Assembly (NCBI GenBank): GCA_023249615.1
Contig: JAHFCG010000003.1
Location: forward strand, 1-49,017
Length of the DNA stretch: 49,017 nucleotides
Direction: 5' to 3'
Source: a candidate division FCPU426 bacterium
Lineage (GTDB): Bacteria; Oederibacteriota; Muellerivitia; Muellerivitales; Muellerivitaceae
The notes under the pieces were generated by a model, which saw nothing but the letters and a program-made list of their open reading frames with translations, was not told where the DNA came from and made no database searches. The translations under genes and the position numbers were made by a program. Positions within the stretch are counted from its first letter, which is position 1. Each line of letters opens with the position of its first letter. Positions 1 through 9,583 of the stretch are shown one piece after another.

Positions 1-70
1 GGAGAGTGGGAACATCTCAGGCCATTTTTCGTCTTACCCCGCCCCTGGCGGGAGAGGGTAGGATGAGGGG
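1..70. repeat. Partial CCCTCTCCC/GGGAGAGGG-type palindromic intergenic element, cut by the window edge
   Basis: ccccgcccctggcgggagagggtaggatgagggg at about 37-70, plus ggagag at position 1. Confidence 0.5.
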
Positions 71-98
71 AAAAAGAGTTTTTCTTTAAGGAGTTTTT

Positions 99-845
99 TT
101 GTACCCGAAAGAAATTATTGAAAAACTTATTAAAGCCCAAAAAGCGGTTGTGCTTACCGGCGCGGGGATTTCGGCCGAGTCGGGAATCTCCACTTTCCGG
201 GGAACGGGCGGCCAATGGGACAAAGTTGACCCCATGAAACTTGCCACTCCAGAGGCCTTCGCGAAGGATCCCAAATATGTTTGGGAATGGTACGAGGCCA
301 GAAGGCGCCAGTTAAGGGAAGCCAAACCCAATATGGGCCACGACGTGATCGCGGGAATGGAAGAATTTTTTCCAAAATTTACCCTGATCACCCAAAACGT
401 TGACCGTCTTCACCAAAAAGCAGGGAGCCGGAATCCCATCGAGCTTCATGGAAGCATTTGGATGGCGCGTTGTGCCGGAATCCCTTCTTGCGGTGAATGG
501 GAAGACCGCCATGAGTTGGTGAACCTCCCTCCCCAATGTCCCCATTGCGGGGCTCTGGTCCGCCCGGGGGTGGTTTGGTTTGGGGAAGGCCTCCCGGGGG
601 AAGCCTGGGCTGAGGCCGAAAAAGCCGCGCTGGAATGTGATGTGTTTTTCGTAATTGGGACCTCTGCCCTGGTTCACCCCGCCGCCTCCCTGCCGGAAAC
701 GGCCATTCAAAAGGGAAAACTCGTCATTGAAATAAACCCCGAGGAAACCCCCTTGTCCGGATTGGTAACCCTTTCCGTTCGTTCCCATGCGGGCCCGGCG
801 TTAGAATTATTGCGGGAGAAACTGTTAGCCAATGACTCAGCCTAA
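99..845 (+). CDS. cobB: NAD-dependent protein deacylase, sirtuin class III
   Basis: GAGISAESGISTFRG, TQNVDRLH, ELHGS, Zn-binding Cys pairs, RPGVVWFGE, GTS; WY..RR specificity motif. Confidence 0.95.
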   Translation: MYPKEIIEKLIKAQKAVVLTGAGISAESGISTFRGTGGQWDKVDPMKLATPEAFAKDPKYVWEWYEARRRQLREAKPNMGHDVIAGMEEFFPKFTLITQNVDRLHQKAGSRNPIELHGSIWMARCAGIPSCGEWEDRHELVNLPPQCPHCGALVRPGVVWFGEGLPGEAWAEAEKAALECDVFFVIGTSALVHPAASLPETAIQKGKLVIEINPEETPLSGLVTLSVRSHAGPALELLREKLLANDSA

Positions 846-1251
846 TGTTTGCCAAAATCATTTTAATGAAAAGGCTCTCAGTCTTTGCCATCATTGCCAG
901 GGGTATTTCTGCTCGAAATGTTTAAACGAAGGCCGTGAATTTTATTTTTGCAGCAAACCGGATTGTTTAAAGGCGCTTCAGGACGAAACAAAAGCTCCTT
1001 CGGAAGAAAACAAGCCCAATCCTCCCATGACCATGGAGGATTGGGTTACTGTCGCGATTTACTACGAAAGGGCAAGTGCCGAGGCGGGAAGCGAAAGGTT
1101 GCGGGAACATGGAATCGAGAGCCGTATTGTCGATGAAAGGACCATTCCTCCGGGTCTTCCACCGGACGAAGAGCCGGAAGGCAATGTTGAATTGCAGGTC
1201 AGGGCGGCGGATACCCATTCGGCCATGAAAGTTGTCGGTTTTAATTTGTAA
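832..1251 (+). CDS. Hypothetical protein: N-terminal B-box-like Zn finger plus C-terminal DUF2007-like domain
   Basis: CxxH..CxxC...CxxC...C..C cluster; WVTVAIY..A.....RL..HGIES...DE...VELQV pattern; overlaps the cobB stop. Confidence 0.6.
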   Translation: MTQPNVCQNHFNEKALSLCHHCQGYFCSKCLNEGREFYFCSKPDCLKALQDETKAPSEENKPNPPMTMEDWVTVAIYYERASAEAGSERLREHGIESRIVDERTIPPGLPPDEEPEGNVELQVRAADTHSAMKVVGFNL

Positions 1252-1339
1252 TGTTGAGTATTGCTGTTTTGGTGGTCGGGTTGACCACCCCAGCTTTAAA
1301 ATAACCGGAATTTAAAAAACGAAGGCTTTAAAAATTCAA

Positions 1340-2434
1340 ATGAGAAATTTTTGGTTTCCCCTAATTTTAACCGGCATGGGTACTTGTCTTTCTTTTTCGC
1401 CCTGTTGGGGAGAAGAGGAAGGGAAGGCCTTTTCCGGGGAAATCAGCGTTGAGCCGGGAATATTCCAGGGTTCGGATTGCCAGACGGGGGTTTATCAGTT
1501 TTCCCGCTTTGAATTGGAAAGCCACCAGGACCTCATAACCAGCCTTTCCTACGGCTTCGAGGGGCAGGCGGAATGGCAGACCTCCTCCATTCTCATGAAC
1601 CCGCCGGATCATGACTTTGGCGTGGAAAACATCCTTCCGTTTGAAGTGAAGGATGAAAATGGCGGGTTCTTTTCCATGGAACTTTATCAGGCCAGTTTAA
1701 AATTCGCCCAGGGTCCCGTGGAATTCACGGCGGGTCTTTTCAAACCCTCCTGGGGTTCCTCCCGCTTCTATAAACCCACTGATTATTTTTATCCCCTCCA
1801 GCCGCTCCAATGGAACATGGAAATTTTCCAGGGAAGCGAGGGCCTCGACGCCAAAAGTTTTTTATTTGATGATTTGTCCCTGGAAGGCGCCGTTCGTTGG
1901 CTGGAAGACTGGAACAGCGAATGGGTCCTCAAACTGGTGAATAAGGGCATCGGAATTACCGCGACCCCCAGTTTCGCGCGTTTGCTGAATAAAAACGCGA
2001 TGGGTCTGGAACTTTCCGGAACCTTCCCCGACTTCCAATTAAGGGCCGAGGGAGTCGACTGGTTTTTTAACGATGGTTCAGCCAAGGCTGAATGGACTAT
2101 TGGGATCTCTACTGTTCGAAAATCAATCGCTTATACTCTCGAGATTCTTCGGGATGAAACCGGAACCATTCTGGGGGGTGTTTCGGCGGGAGCACCCAAC
2201 GCGACCTATTTATATACTTCCATGGAAAAGACTTTTCAGGGTGATTGGAAGATTTCCCCCGCGCTGGTCAAGGGTTTTGAGGGCGGCCCATTCCTATTTT
2301 GGCCCAAGGCCTCCTGGGGTTTTGCTCCTTCGTGGGAATTGGAATTGCAGGGACAGGTTAAATTGGGGACCGTGCCAGGACCCTTGTCGTTGGTTCAAAA
2401 TCGATTGGGAATATCGACGGCTTTTTCTTTTTAA
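1340..2434 (+). CDS. Putative outer-membrane beta-barrel protein
   Basis: Signal peptide, alternating amphipathic strands, C-terminal Phe (STAFSF). Confidence 0.6.
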   Translation: MRNFWFPLILTGMGTCLSFSPCWGEEEGKAFSGEISVEPGIFQGSDCQTGVYQFSRFELESHQDLITSLSYGFEGQAEWQTSSILMNPPDHDFGVENILPFEVKDENGGFFSMELYQASLKFAQGPVEFTAGLFKPSWGSSRFYKPTDYFYPLQPLQWNMEIFQGSEGLDAKSFLFDDLSLEGAVRWLEDWNSEWVLKLVNKGIGITATPSFARLLNKNAMGLELSGTFPDFQLRAEGVDWFFNDGSAKAEWTIGISTVRKSIAYTLEILRDETGTILGGVSAGAPNATYLYTSMEKTFQGDWKISPALVKGFEGGPFLFWPKASWGFAPSWELELQGQVKLGTVPGPLSLVQNRLGISTAFSF

Positions 2435-2468
2435 TCCATTTAATGAAAATGAATAAGAGGTATTTAAT

Positions 2469-3020
2469 TTGAAAAAGATAATCAAACCAAAGGAATTTCC
2501 GGAGAACATCGTGCTTATCGGAATGTTTGGAAGCGGTAAAAGCACGGTTGGAAAAATGATCGCGGAAAAATTGCGCTATACCTTCGTGGATGTGGACCAT
2601 CTTATTGAACGAAAATTCAAAAAGCCCCTCCAACGGGTGCTGGATGACCTGGGCATGAAAAAGTTCATGAAGATGGAGGATGAAACCATTCTGGCGCTTC
2701 GAAACTGGCATTGCGTCATTTCCCCCGGAGGGAGCGCGGTTTATTACCCAAAAGGAATGCGCCTTCTTAAAACCCTGGGGCCCAGGGTTTTTCTCAAAGT
2801 CTCCCTGCCGGAACTCAAAAAGCGTCTTCCGGACTGGTCCAACCGGGGAGTCGTGTGCCGGGGAGGGAACAGCCTCTCCTCCTTGTACAAGGAGAGGGCG
2901 CCCCTTTTCAAACGATACGCCGATATTACAGTGGAAAGCGGGGGTAAATCAGCGGAAAGAATCGCGAGGGAAATTCTCAGGGTTTTGGGTAGGGAAGAGA
3001 AACAGTTTCAAAAAAGATAA
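2469..3020 (+). CDS. aroK: Shikimate kinase
   Basis: LIGMFGSGKSTVG Walker A, DVD, SPGG, R..LF...AD. Confidence 0.9.
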   Translation: MKKIIKPKEFPENIVLIGMFGSGKSTVGKMIAEKLRYTFVDVDHLIERKFKKPLQRVLDDLGMKKFMKMEDETILALRNWHCVISPGGSAVYYPKGMRLLKTLGPRVFLKVSLPELKKRLPDWSNRGVVCRGGNSLSSLYKERAPLFKRYADITVESGGKSAERIAREILRVLGREEKQFQKR

Positions 3021-3073
3021 ATTCACCTATCCATTCCATTCCGGTGATTGATCTATAATAAAAAATGTCTTTT

Positions 3074-3158
3074 AACCGCCGACAACGGCCGATAAAACAT
3101 CGATTGGTTAAAGGGGAAATTATTTATCGGCGTTTGGTTATCGGGTTTGATCGGCGGC
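3074..3158. repeat. Imperfect inverted repeat built of CCGATAAA/TTTATCGG units
   Basis: aaccgccgacaacggccgataaa ... tttatcggcgtttggttatcgggtttgatcggcggc. Confidence 0.65.
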
Positions 3159-3196
3159 AAATATTTTTTTGCTGTTAAGAATTTTAAGGGGTAATC

Positions 3197-4183
3197 ATGA
3201 AAGCGGCAATCATTGGAGCGGGGAACATGGGAACGGCCCTGGCCCATCTTTTGGCGGACAACGGCCATTCGGTGGTTTGCTGGGACCATATTCCCGAGGT
3301 GGTGGAGGATATCCGAAAACGCCACCAGAACACCCAGTTCCTGCCGGGAATCACCCTTCCTTCCAGCGTCACCGCGGACCTTCTTTTAAATCATGTGGTT
3401 CGCGAGGCCCAGATTATTTTTGTTTCGGTTCCCTCGGTTTTTTTCCGCCATGTTGTAAAGGAGTTTTCCCCTTTCGCGATGTCCCAGGCGGTAGTCGTGG
3501 GCGCTTCCAAAGGTTTGGAGGCCGGCACGGGCTTGAGGATGAGCCAGGTCTACGCCGAAGCCTCGCTTCAGGCTCCCGATCATTACGTGGCCTTGTCCGG
3601 CCCTTCCATCGCGAATGATTTCGCCCGAAAAAAACCAACCGCGGTGGTTTTGGCCTGTTCCAATCATTCCGCCCTTCACAAGGCGGTTCAGGTTTTGGCG
3701 AATCCCTATTTCCGCGTGGAAACCTCCGAGGATTTGATCGGTGTTGAATTGGGAGGCGTCGTCAAAAATATTTACGCCCTGGGTTTCGGTTTGCTGGATG
3801 GGTTAAAACACGGAAGCCCCAACCTGAAAGCGGCTTTTGTCACGATGGCGCTCAAGGAAATGAAGGATATTACGGTTCAAATGGGCGCCCAGGAAAAAAC
3901 CCTGGAGGGGCTTGCGGGTCTAGGGGACCTGGTGACCACCGGGTTTTCCCCCGATTCCCACAACCGGAAACTGGGTGAATATCTGGCACAAGGAATGGAA
4001 TATGAAAAAGCAGTCGCCCAGCTGGGCGGGGTGGTGCCCGAAGGAGTCCGAACCCTTCCGATTATCCTCGAAAAAGCCGGCGTGACGGTTGAAACACCCC
4101 TTGCCCGGTTGATCCAAACCTGCTTAAATCAACCGGCCTCCAGGGTCAAGTTTGTGGACGAGGTGTGGAAAATAGTCCCATAA
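3197..4183 (+). CDS. gpsA: NAD(P)H-dependent glycerol-3-phosphate dehydrogenase
   Basis: GAGNMGTA, SKGLE, LSGPS, KNIYA, GLGDLVTT, SHN motifs. Confidence 0.93.
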   Translation: MKAAIIGAGNMGTALAHLLADNGHSVVCWDHIPEVVEDIRKRHQNTQFLPGITLPSSVTADLLLNHVVREAQIIFVSVPSVFFRHVVKEFSPFAMSQAVVVGASKGLEAGTGLRMSQVYAEASLQAPDHYVALSGPSIANDFARKKPTAVVLACSNHSALHKAVQVLANPYFRVETSEDLIGVELGGVVKNIYALGFGLLDGLKHGSPNLKAAFVTMALKEMKDITVQMGAQEKTLEGLAGLGDLVTTGFSPDSHNRKLGEYLAQGMEYEKAVAQLGGVVPEGVRTLPIILEKAGVTVETPLARLIQTCLNQPASRVKFVDEVWKIVP

Positions 4184-4186
4184 AAT

Positions 4187-4260
4187 AATTTTGAATTCTT
4201 AATTTTTAATGTTGAATTTTCAGACTCCAATTAAAAATTAAGAATTCAAAATTTAAAATT
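4187..4260. repeat. AT-rich 24-bp perfect inverted repeat with 7-nt periodicity
   Basis: aattttgaattcttaatttttaat (4187-4210) is the exact reverse complement of 4230-4253. Confidence 0.85.
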
Positions 4261-4277
4261 CCAAAGGGGTTGAATCC

Positions 4278-4721
4278 TTGTCCTTAGAATTCGTTTCCAA
4301 TTTTCCCGAATGGCATCATGTTCTCTTTAAAGTTCAGGACGCCGATAACTCCATCCGCTTTTACAGCGAATACCTGGGCATGGGAGCCGTCAAGGACCAG
4401 AGGGACGCCGAGGGAAACCGCTGGGTCTGGCTCCGTTTTTCCGAGAATCCCTACGCCCCCATGTTTGTCCTGATGGAGGACGCGCATGTCAAAAAGGCCT
4501 CCGCGCCGGCCCCGGCCAGCCTCCAGTCCTTTTGTTTCCGCCTGCCGGACCTGAAACCCGTGGAGGAAATCAGCGCGAAGGCGAAGAACGACAACTGTCT
4601 GGTGGAACCCGCCATTTACGGCGGTCATATGCGGGGATATTTTTGCCTGGTGTCGGATCCTGACGGAAATCTTCTGGAATTTTCCTATTTGTTGTCGCCG
4701 AAGACGGGAAGCTCCGGGTAG
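4278..4721 (+). CDS. VOC/glyoxalase family protein
   Basis: HHV.F.V.D...SIRFY..YLG and DPDGNLLEF. Confidence 0.85.
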   Translation: MSLEFVSNFPEWHHVLFKVQDADNSIRFYSEYLGMGAVKDQRDAEGNRWVWLRFSENPYAPMFVLMEDAHVKKASAPAPASLQSFCFRLPDLKPVEEISAKAKNDNCLVEPAIYGGHMRGYFCLVSDPDGNLLEFSYLLSPKTGSSG

Positions 4722-4799
4722 GGAATCGCGTTGTTTTCAATATCGGTCCTTGGTTTGGAGAGAAACGAGAACCGGTAAAAATTAAATAAGGAGGATGGA

Positions 4800-5351
4800 A
4801 TGAAAAGGTTTTTGGGAATGGGTGTTCTGGCCGCGGCTTTTTTGGCGGGCGCCAGTCTGTTATCAGCCGAGGAGGCGAAATCCTTGAAGGCTCTTTGTGA
4901 GTTGAAGGCCACCAAAGGAAACAAGGTCGAGGGGACCATTATTTTCATTCAAAAGAAGAATTCCGTCATGATTCGGGCTCACGTAAAAGGCCTGACCCCT
5001 GGCAAACACGGGTTTCATATCCACGAATGCGGGGATTGCTCGGCGCCTGATGGAAGTTCCGCCAAGGGACATTTCAACCCTGGAAAGCATAACCACGGGG
5101 GGCCTTCGGCCAAGGAACGCCACGCGGGGGATTTGGGGAACCTGAACGCCAATGACAAGGGTGTCGCGGATTACGAAAGGTCCGACTCCACCATACATTT
5201 GAGCGGGGACAACAACATCATGGGAAAATCCGTCATCGTCCACGAGAAGGTGGATGATTACAAGACCCAGCCCACTGGAAACGCGGGGTCGAGAATCGCC
5301 TGCGGAGTAATCAAGAAGAAAGAGGACAAGAAGGTGGAAAAGAAAAAGTAA
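4800..5351 (+). CDS. sodC: Periplasmic Cu/Zn superoxide dismutase
   Basis: Signal peptide, HGFHIH, GHFNP, RHAGDLGN, VIVHEKVDD, GNAGSRIACG; RBS AAGGAGG. Confidence 0.96.
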   Translation: MKRFLGMGVLAAAFLAGASLLSAEEAKSLKALCELKATKGNKVEGTIIFIQKKNSVMIRAHVKGLTPGKHGFHIHECGDCSAPDGSSAKGHFNPGKHNHGGPSAKERHAGDLGNLNANDKGVADYERSDSTIHLSGDNNIMGKSVIVHEKVDDYKTQPTGNAGSRIACGVIKKKEDKKVEKKK

Positions 5352-5366
5352 CCTGCCATTTCGTTT

Positions 5367-5405
5367 TTAAGCCGGGTTCCCGCGAGGGGGCCCGGTTTTT
5401 TTATT
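5367..5405. terminator. Probable bidirectional intrinsic terminator between convergent genes
   Basis: aagccgggttccc-gcga-gggggcccggttttt hairpin followed by a T-run. Confidence 0.75.
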
Positions 5406-6968
5406 TTAGGGACAAGTGTTGGCGTAAATGGACCAGTCACTCAGCCAAACCTCGGGGCTGGTGATGGAAGCCGGCAGGGTGCCGAAAGTGTTCACCTTGC
5501 GGTAATGGGTTCCGGAAAGAAGAGGAGTGTTGGAGATGTTGACCCAGTTGGGGGAGTTGGCGCTTTCAAAGGCCAGCCAATAGGTACCCGCGCCCGGAAT
5601 GACAACGTCCGGAATATCCACGGTGCGCCAAGCGCCGCCAAGGGTTATCCAGGAGGGGCTGGAGGAGGAAAGTAAAGTGTCCGGCTGGCCGGCGTTGTCG
5701 GAATAGAGGCCGACCTGAATCAAACCCGTGTAACCGCCGTTGAAGACGGAAAGACTCATGATGGTGCCGGGACCTGAAGCAACGGCCTTTTGGAAATAGG
5801 TGTAGGCGCTGGGAATGGAATAGCTCGCGTAGGTGTTGTTGTTACCGAAAGTGGAAGGGCTTATGCAAGCCGGCGTATCGGTTGGGGTTCCTGTAAAAGT
5901 TAAAGTGGGGGTGGGTGTCGGGGAAGGCGTGACGGTGGGGGTGTCGGTCAGGGCGCCGGCGGGACGGCAGTAGTTGGCGTAAATGGACCAGTCACTCAGC
6001 CAAACCTCAGGGCTGGTGATGGAAGCCGGCAGGGTGCCGAAAGTGTTCACCTTGCGGTAATGGGTTCCGGAAAGAAGAGGAGTGTTGGAGATGTTGACCC
6101 AGTTGGGGGAGTTGGCGCTTTCAAAGGCCAGCCAATAGGTACCCGCGCCCGGAATGACAACGTCCGGAATATCCACGGTGCGCCAAGCGCCGCCAAGGGT
6201 TATCCAGGAGGGGCTGGAGGAGGAAAGTAAAGTGTCCGGCTGGCCGGCGTTGTCGGAATAGAGGCCGACCTGAATCAAACCCGTGTAACCGCCGTTGAAG
6301 ACGGAAAGACTCATGATGGTGCCGGGACCTGAAGCAACGGCCTTTTGGAAATAGGTGTAGGCGCTGGGAATGGAATAGCTCGCGTAGGTGTTGTTGTTAC
6401 CGAAAGTGGAAGGGCTTATGCAAGCCGGCGTATCGGTTGGGGTGGGCGATCCTGGGGTGGGTGTTGGGGACGGGGTGGAAGTGGGTGTAAAGGTAGGGGA
6501 TTGAGTTGAAGTTAATGTAGGCGAAGATGTCGGGCTTGAGGTGGGTGTGGAAGTTGGTGTTAGGGTCGGTGAAGATGAGGGGCTGTTGGTGGCGGTTGAG
6601 GTAATGGAGGGAGTAACCGTTGGCGTGAAGGTGGGTGTTTTCGTGGCGGAGTTGGTGGGAGTGTTGGGAAAAGTGTTCGTTGGGCTTGAGGAAGCCGTGT
6701 TTGAGGGAGAAGGAGTCGCGGTTTTGGTTTCCGTCAGGGTAGAAGTTGAGACAGGGGTATTTGTGGCCGAGTTCGTCGGGGATGGCGTCGCGCTGGGGGT
6801 GGGGCTGGAGGTGGTTGTAAAAGAGGCGGTAGGGGAAATGGTGAAGGTATTGGTAGGGGCCGGAGGGTTTGGATTGTTGGGAGAGGAGGGAGTGGAGTTG
6901 CCGCCGCACCCGGTATAAAACTCCAAAGGCAAAAGCAGGATAAAAGTCAAAAACCATAAACGTTTCAA
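5406..6968 (-). CDS. Lipoprotein with a long Ser/Thr/Pro stalk and two identical Cys-bracketed beta-sandwich domains
   Basis: Signal ending YTGC; about 150 aa T/P/S linker; duplicated ~155-aa domain (GLYSDNAGQP..., GTYWLAF); true start probably a few codons inside the ORF. Confidence 0.8.
   Translation of the reverse strand: MKRLWFLTFILLLPLEFYTGCGGNSTPSSPNNPNPPAPTNTFTISPTASFTTTSSPTPSATPSPTNSATNTPVSTSTLTETKTATPSPSNTASSSPTNTFPNTPTNSATKTPTFTPTVTPSITSTATNSPSSSPTLTPTSTPTSSPTSSPTLTSTQSPTFTPTSTPSPTPTPGSPTPTDTPACISPSTFGNNNTYASYSIPSAYTYFQKAVASGPGTIMSLSVFNGGYTGLIQVGLYSDNAGQPDTLLSSSSPSWITLGGAWRTVDIPDVVIPGAGTYWLAFESANSPNWVNISNTPLLSGTHYRKVNTFGTLPASITSPEVWLSDWSIYANYCRPAGALTDTPTVTPSPTPTPTLTFTGTPTDTPACISPSTFGNNNTYASYSIPSAYTYFQKAVASGPGTIMSLSVFNGGYTGLIQVGLYSDNAGQPDTLLSSSSPSWITLGGAWRTVDIPDVVIPGAGTYWLAFESANSPNWVNISNTPLLSGTHYRKVNTFGTLPASITSPEVWLSDWSIYANTCP
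5418..6443. repeat. 471-bp direct repeat (5418-5888 and 5973-6443)
   Basis: Offset 555 bp; only one mismatch seen (5454 g vs 6009 a, synonymous Pro codon). Confidence 0.95.
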
Positions 6969-7052
6969 AGGAATTTCCCCAATTGGTTTTAGATGACGGA
7001 GAGAGATTAATGGAAATGGGAAATAAAAGCGAGGAACGAAGGAAGCGAAAAT

Positions 7053-7083
7053 AAAAAAGCCGCGCTCGATTCAAGCGCGGCCT
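7053..7083 (-). terminator. Intrinsic terminator downstream of the YccA-like gene
   Basis: gccgcgct-cgattca-agcgcggc hairpin with an adjacent A6 (U-tail on the minus strand). Confidence 0.75.
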
Positions 7084-7099
7084 GTGTTAACCGGTTTCC

Positions 7100-7795
7100 T
7101 TAATTGCGGCGGCTGGAAAGAATTCTCAGTATCGCCAGGAACAGGTTGATGAAATCCAGGTAAAGGGAAAGGGCGCCGCTGACATACTCGTCGCTTTCGT
7201 GGGTCCGCATGATTCGCGAAGTGTCGTAGAGAATGAACAATGAAAAGAGAACGGAAGATATCCAGGCGATCGCGAGGCTCGCGGCGCTGCTTTGGACGAA
7301 AAGGTTGACGAGCATGATTCCGATGACGGCGAATAATCCAACGGTTACCACGCCGCCGAGAAATGAGAAATCTTTTTTGCTGATGAAAGTGAAGGCGGTT
7401 AATCCGATAAAAATCGAACCGGTAATGCCGGCGGCTTGATAAACAACATCAAATGATCCGCCGGTTCTCATCGCGGCCACCATCAGGGCTGGAGAAAGAA
7501 AAATTCCGCTGACGAAGGTAAACCCGAGCAAAACCACAATGTTGATGCCGGGTGTTTTTCTCAGAGCCATACAGGCGAAGAAAACGCCAAAATAAACAAT
7601 TAAACCAATCCAATAATGGGATAAAACGGCCACCGCGAAATCCCGGTTGGAAATGGTTAGAACCGCCCCCATGGTCGCGGTGACGAGACCCAAAAGAAAA
7701 AGGGAATAAACCTTTTGAATGAATGACAATTGTGTCGCGGAATCCTCCGAAACAACGCTGGATGGTACTGGTTGATCCTGGGTTAAAAGACCCAT
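7100..7795 (-). CDS. Bax inhibitor-1/YccA family membrane protein
   Basis: FIQKVY, KKDFSFLG, ILYDTSRI, ALSLYLDFINLFL; ATG at 7795 follows a GAGGAGG RBS. Confidence 0.92.
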   Translation of the reverse strand: MGLLTQDQPVPSSVVSEDSATQLSFIQKVYSLFLLGLVTATMGAVLTISNRDFAVAVLSHYWIGLIVYFGVFFACMALRKTPGINIVVLLGFTFVSGIFLSPALMVAAMRTGGSFDVVYQAAGITGSIFIGLTAFTFISKKDFSFLGGVVTVGLFAVIGIMLVNLFVQSSAASLAIAWISSVLFSLFILYDTSRIMRTHESDEYVSGALSLYLDFINLFLAILRILSSRRN

Positions 7796-7999
7796 GCGGT
7801 TCCTCCTCAAAAATTAAACGAATCCCACGACTCCTTGCGGAGGCTCTGGGCGTCAAGATGGGTGATATGAACCCGGCCTGACCGGTGTTTATATTGGGAA
7901 CTCCCGGTTCAAATGTCAAGGCACGGAGGGAAACCACAGGCGGGAACTCTTCGTCAGGAATTCAAATGGTTTATGCTAAAATAACCTCCGCCTGAACTC

Positions 8000-9583
8000 T
8001 TGAAGGAGTTTTTCGTGTTTTCATCCTTTCCCAAAACCTTCCGAAAAAATCTCTGGGTTTTTTCCCCTTCGGAGCTGTTAACATCCTTTCTTTTCGCCCT
8101 TTTTTTCTTTCTCGCCATGGGCGCCTGTTTCGCCGAAAAGCCTGGCGCGGACAACGCGTTTCTTTTGACGGCCTTCTTCACGCTTATCTGGACAGGTTGG
8201 ATGTATTTCGTGGCCTTGCGCCGTCCTCCCCCTTTCGGCTGGCTGGGGCTTATTCGGGGGCTCGGTCCCTGGCTTGGCCTGGTTTTATGTTACAGCCTGA
8301 TGAAACCCCTGGTTCCGGTCCTTCATCCCCAGCTTTTTGACTCGGACTTGAGGAACGCTGATTACCACCTTTGGGGAAAAGGCCCCTCAGTTTGGCAGAC
8401 CGGCCTCATGGGGCATCCTCACCTGACCGATTTTTTCAGTATTTTATACCTGGTTCTTTTTCTATGGCTGGTGGGCCTTTTGGTTTACCACAGTTATTTA
8501 CGCAGGGCCCTTTACCAGAGATTCATGCTGGGGTTGATTCTCCTTTATATCGGCGGGTTCATGGGCTACCTGATTTATCCCGCCATTGGTCCCCGCTTCG
8601 CCTACCCGGAGGAATGGGCCTGGCTTCAAGGGGGATTTTTTTTCCGCCTGGCGGGTTTCGTGATTGACCAGCTGGGGGCCAAATTTGATGTTTTCCCCAG
8701 TCTTCACGGAGCCATTTCCGCCTATCTTCTTTTCTGGCAAATGGCCCACGACCGTCGTTCACTGTTTTGGGGAATTCCTCTTACCATCGGCATTTGGTTT
8801 TCAACCCTTCTTTTGGGTTTTCATTATTTCCCGGATCTTATCAGCGGAGGGGTTTTGGCGGGAATCAGCGCCTGGCTGGCTCCCCATTTGGAAATTCTGG
8901 CGGGAGCCTTCCGGCGTTCCCTGCACCCGCCAAGGGTTTGGCTTTTAAATCTCACGGAAGGCCACGGGGATAATTACGGGAAATTGGCGGGGAGGTTAAG
9001 TGAACTTTTGCCGCTGGGTGCGGAAATATCCCCCGGCTTGATTTGTGGAAACGTACCCCGCGTCCGCGGGGAGGAACCGCTGCGGCAGGCGTTACGGGAT
9101 ATCGGCGAGGGGCCCTTTTGGTTGAGGCCTTCGGAAATTTCCGGTTCCAAGCGAAATACACTGATGGCTTTGAAGCCCTTGTCGTTCGAGCAGGTTATAC
9201 GGACGGTATTCACCACGGGAACCAAGCGGTTTTTTATCGCCCAAAAAGCCCTCAAGGTTTCCGCGGTGGGGGTTTGCCGGTCTTTTCCCCCGAAAAATTT
9301 CCAATTGACGGATGTTGAGATCCGGATAACCTCGCTTCCGCGGGGGGATGAACTGATCCTGCGTTTGACCCCCAATAAAACCCTTTTCAAGGGATGGCTG
9401 GACACGCCCTGGAATTATTTCCCCCCATCCTTCCCTTTGAGAGGATTTGAGCTTTTTGATATCGTCACTCTCACGCGTCGTTTGGCGTCACGGTGGAAAC
9501 AATTCACCGAAGTGGAATGGGTTTTATCGGAAGGGAAAGTTTATGTGCTGGATGGAAGGCCGGTCCGCGGCGAAAAAACATAG
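8000..9583 (+). CDS. PAP2/AUR1-like (IPC-synthase-like) membrane phosphotransferase fused to a degenerate PPDK-N-like domain
   Basis: Multiple TM helices, PAIGPR, FPSLH, HYFPD; C-terminal GKLAGRL..L...G..ISPG and EVEWV...GKVYVLDGRP. Confidence 0.75.
   Translation: MKEFFVFSSFPKTFRKNLWVFSPSELLTSFLFALFFFLAMGACFAEKPGADNAFLLTAFFTLIWTGWMYFVALRRPPPFGWLGLIRGLGPWLGLVLCYSLMKPLVPVLHPQLFDSDLRNADYHLWGKGPSVWQTGLMGHPHLTDFFSILYLVLFLWLVGLLVYHSYLRRALYQRFMLGLILLYIGGFMGYLIYPAIGPRFAYPEEWAWLQGGFFFRLAGFVIDQLGAKFDVFPSLHGAISAYLLFWQMAHDRRSLFWGIPLTIGIWFSTLLLGFHYFPDLISGGVLAGISAWLAPHLEILAGAFRRSLHPPRVWLLNLTEGHGDNYGKLAGRLSELLPLGAEISPGLICGNVPRVRGEEPLRQALRDIGEGPFWLRPSEISGSKRNTLMALKPLSFEQVIRTVFTTGTKRFFIAQKALKVSAVGVCRSFPPKNFQLTDVEIRITSLPRGDELILRLTPNKTLFKGWLDTPWNYFPPSFPLRGFELFDIVTLTRRLASRWKQFTEVEWVLSEGKVYVLDGRPVRGEKT

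Noticed and set aside
5418-6443. Template/variable repeat pair of a diversity-generating retroelement
   Set aside because: Both copies are in-frame coding domains, only one mismatch was seen, and no reverse transcriptase is present
6440-6900. Low-complexity repeats as a CRISPR array or satellite
   Set aside because: They encode Thr/Pro/Ser linkers; there is no constant repeat-spacer structure anywhere in the window
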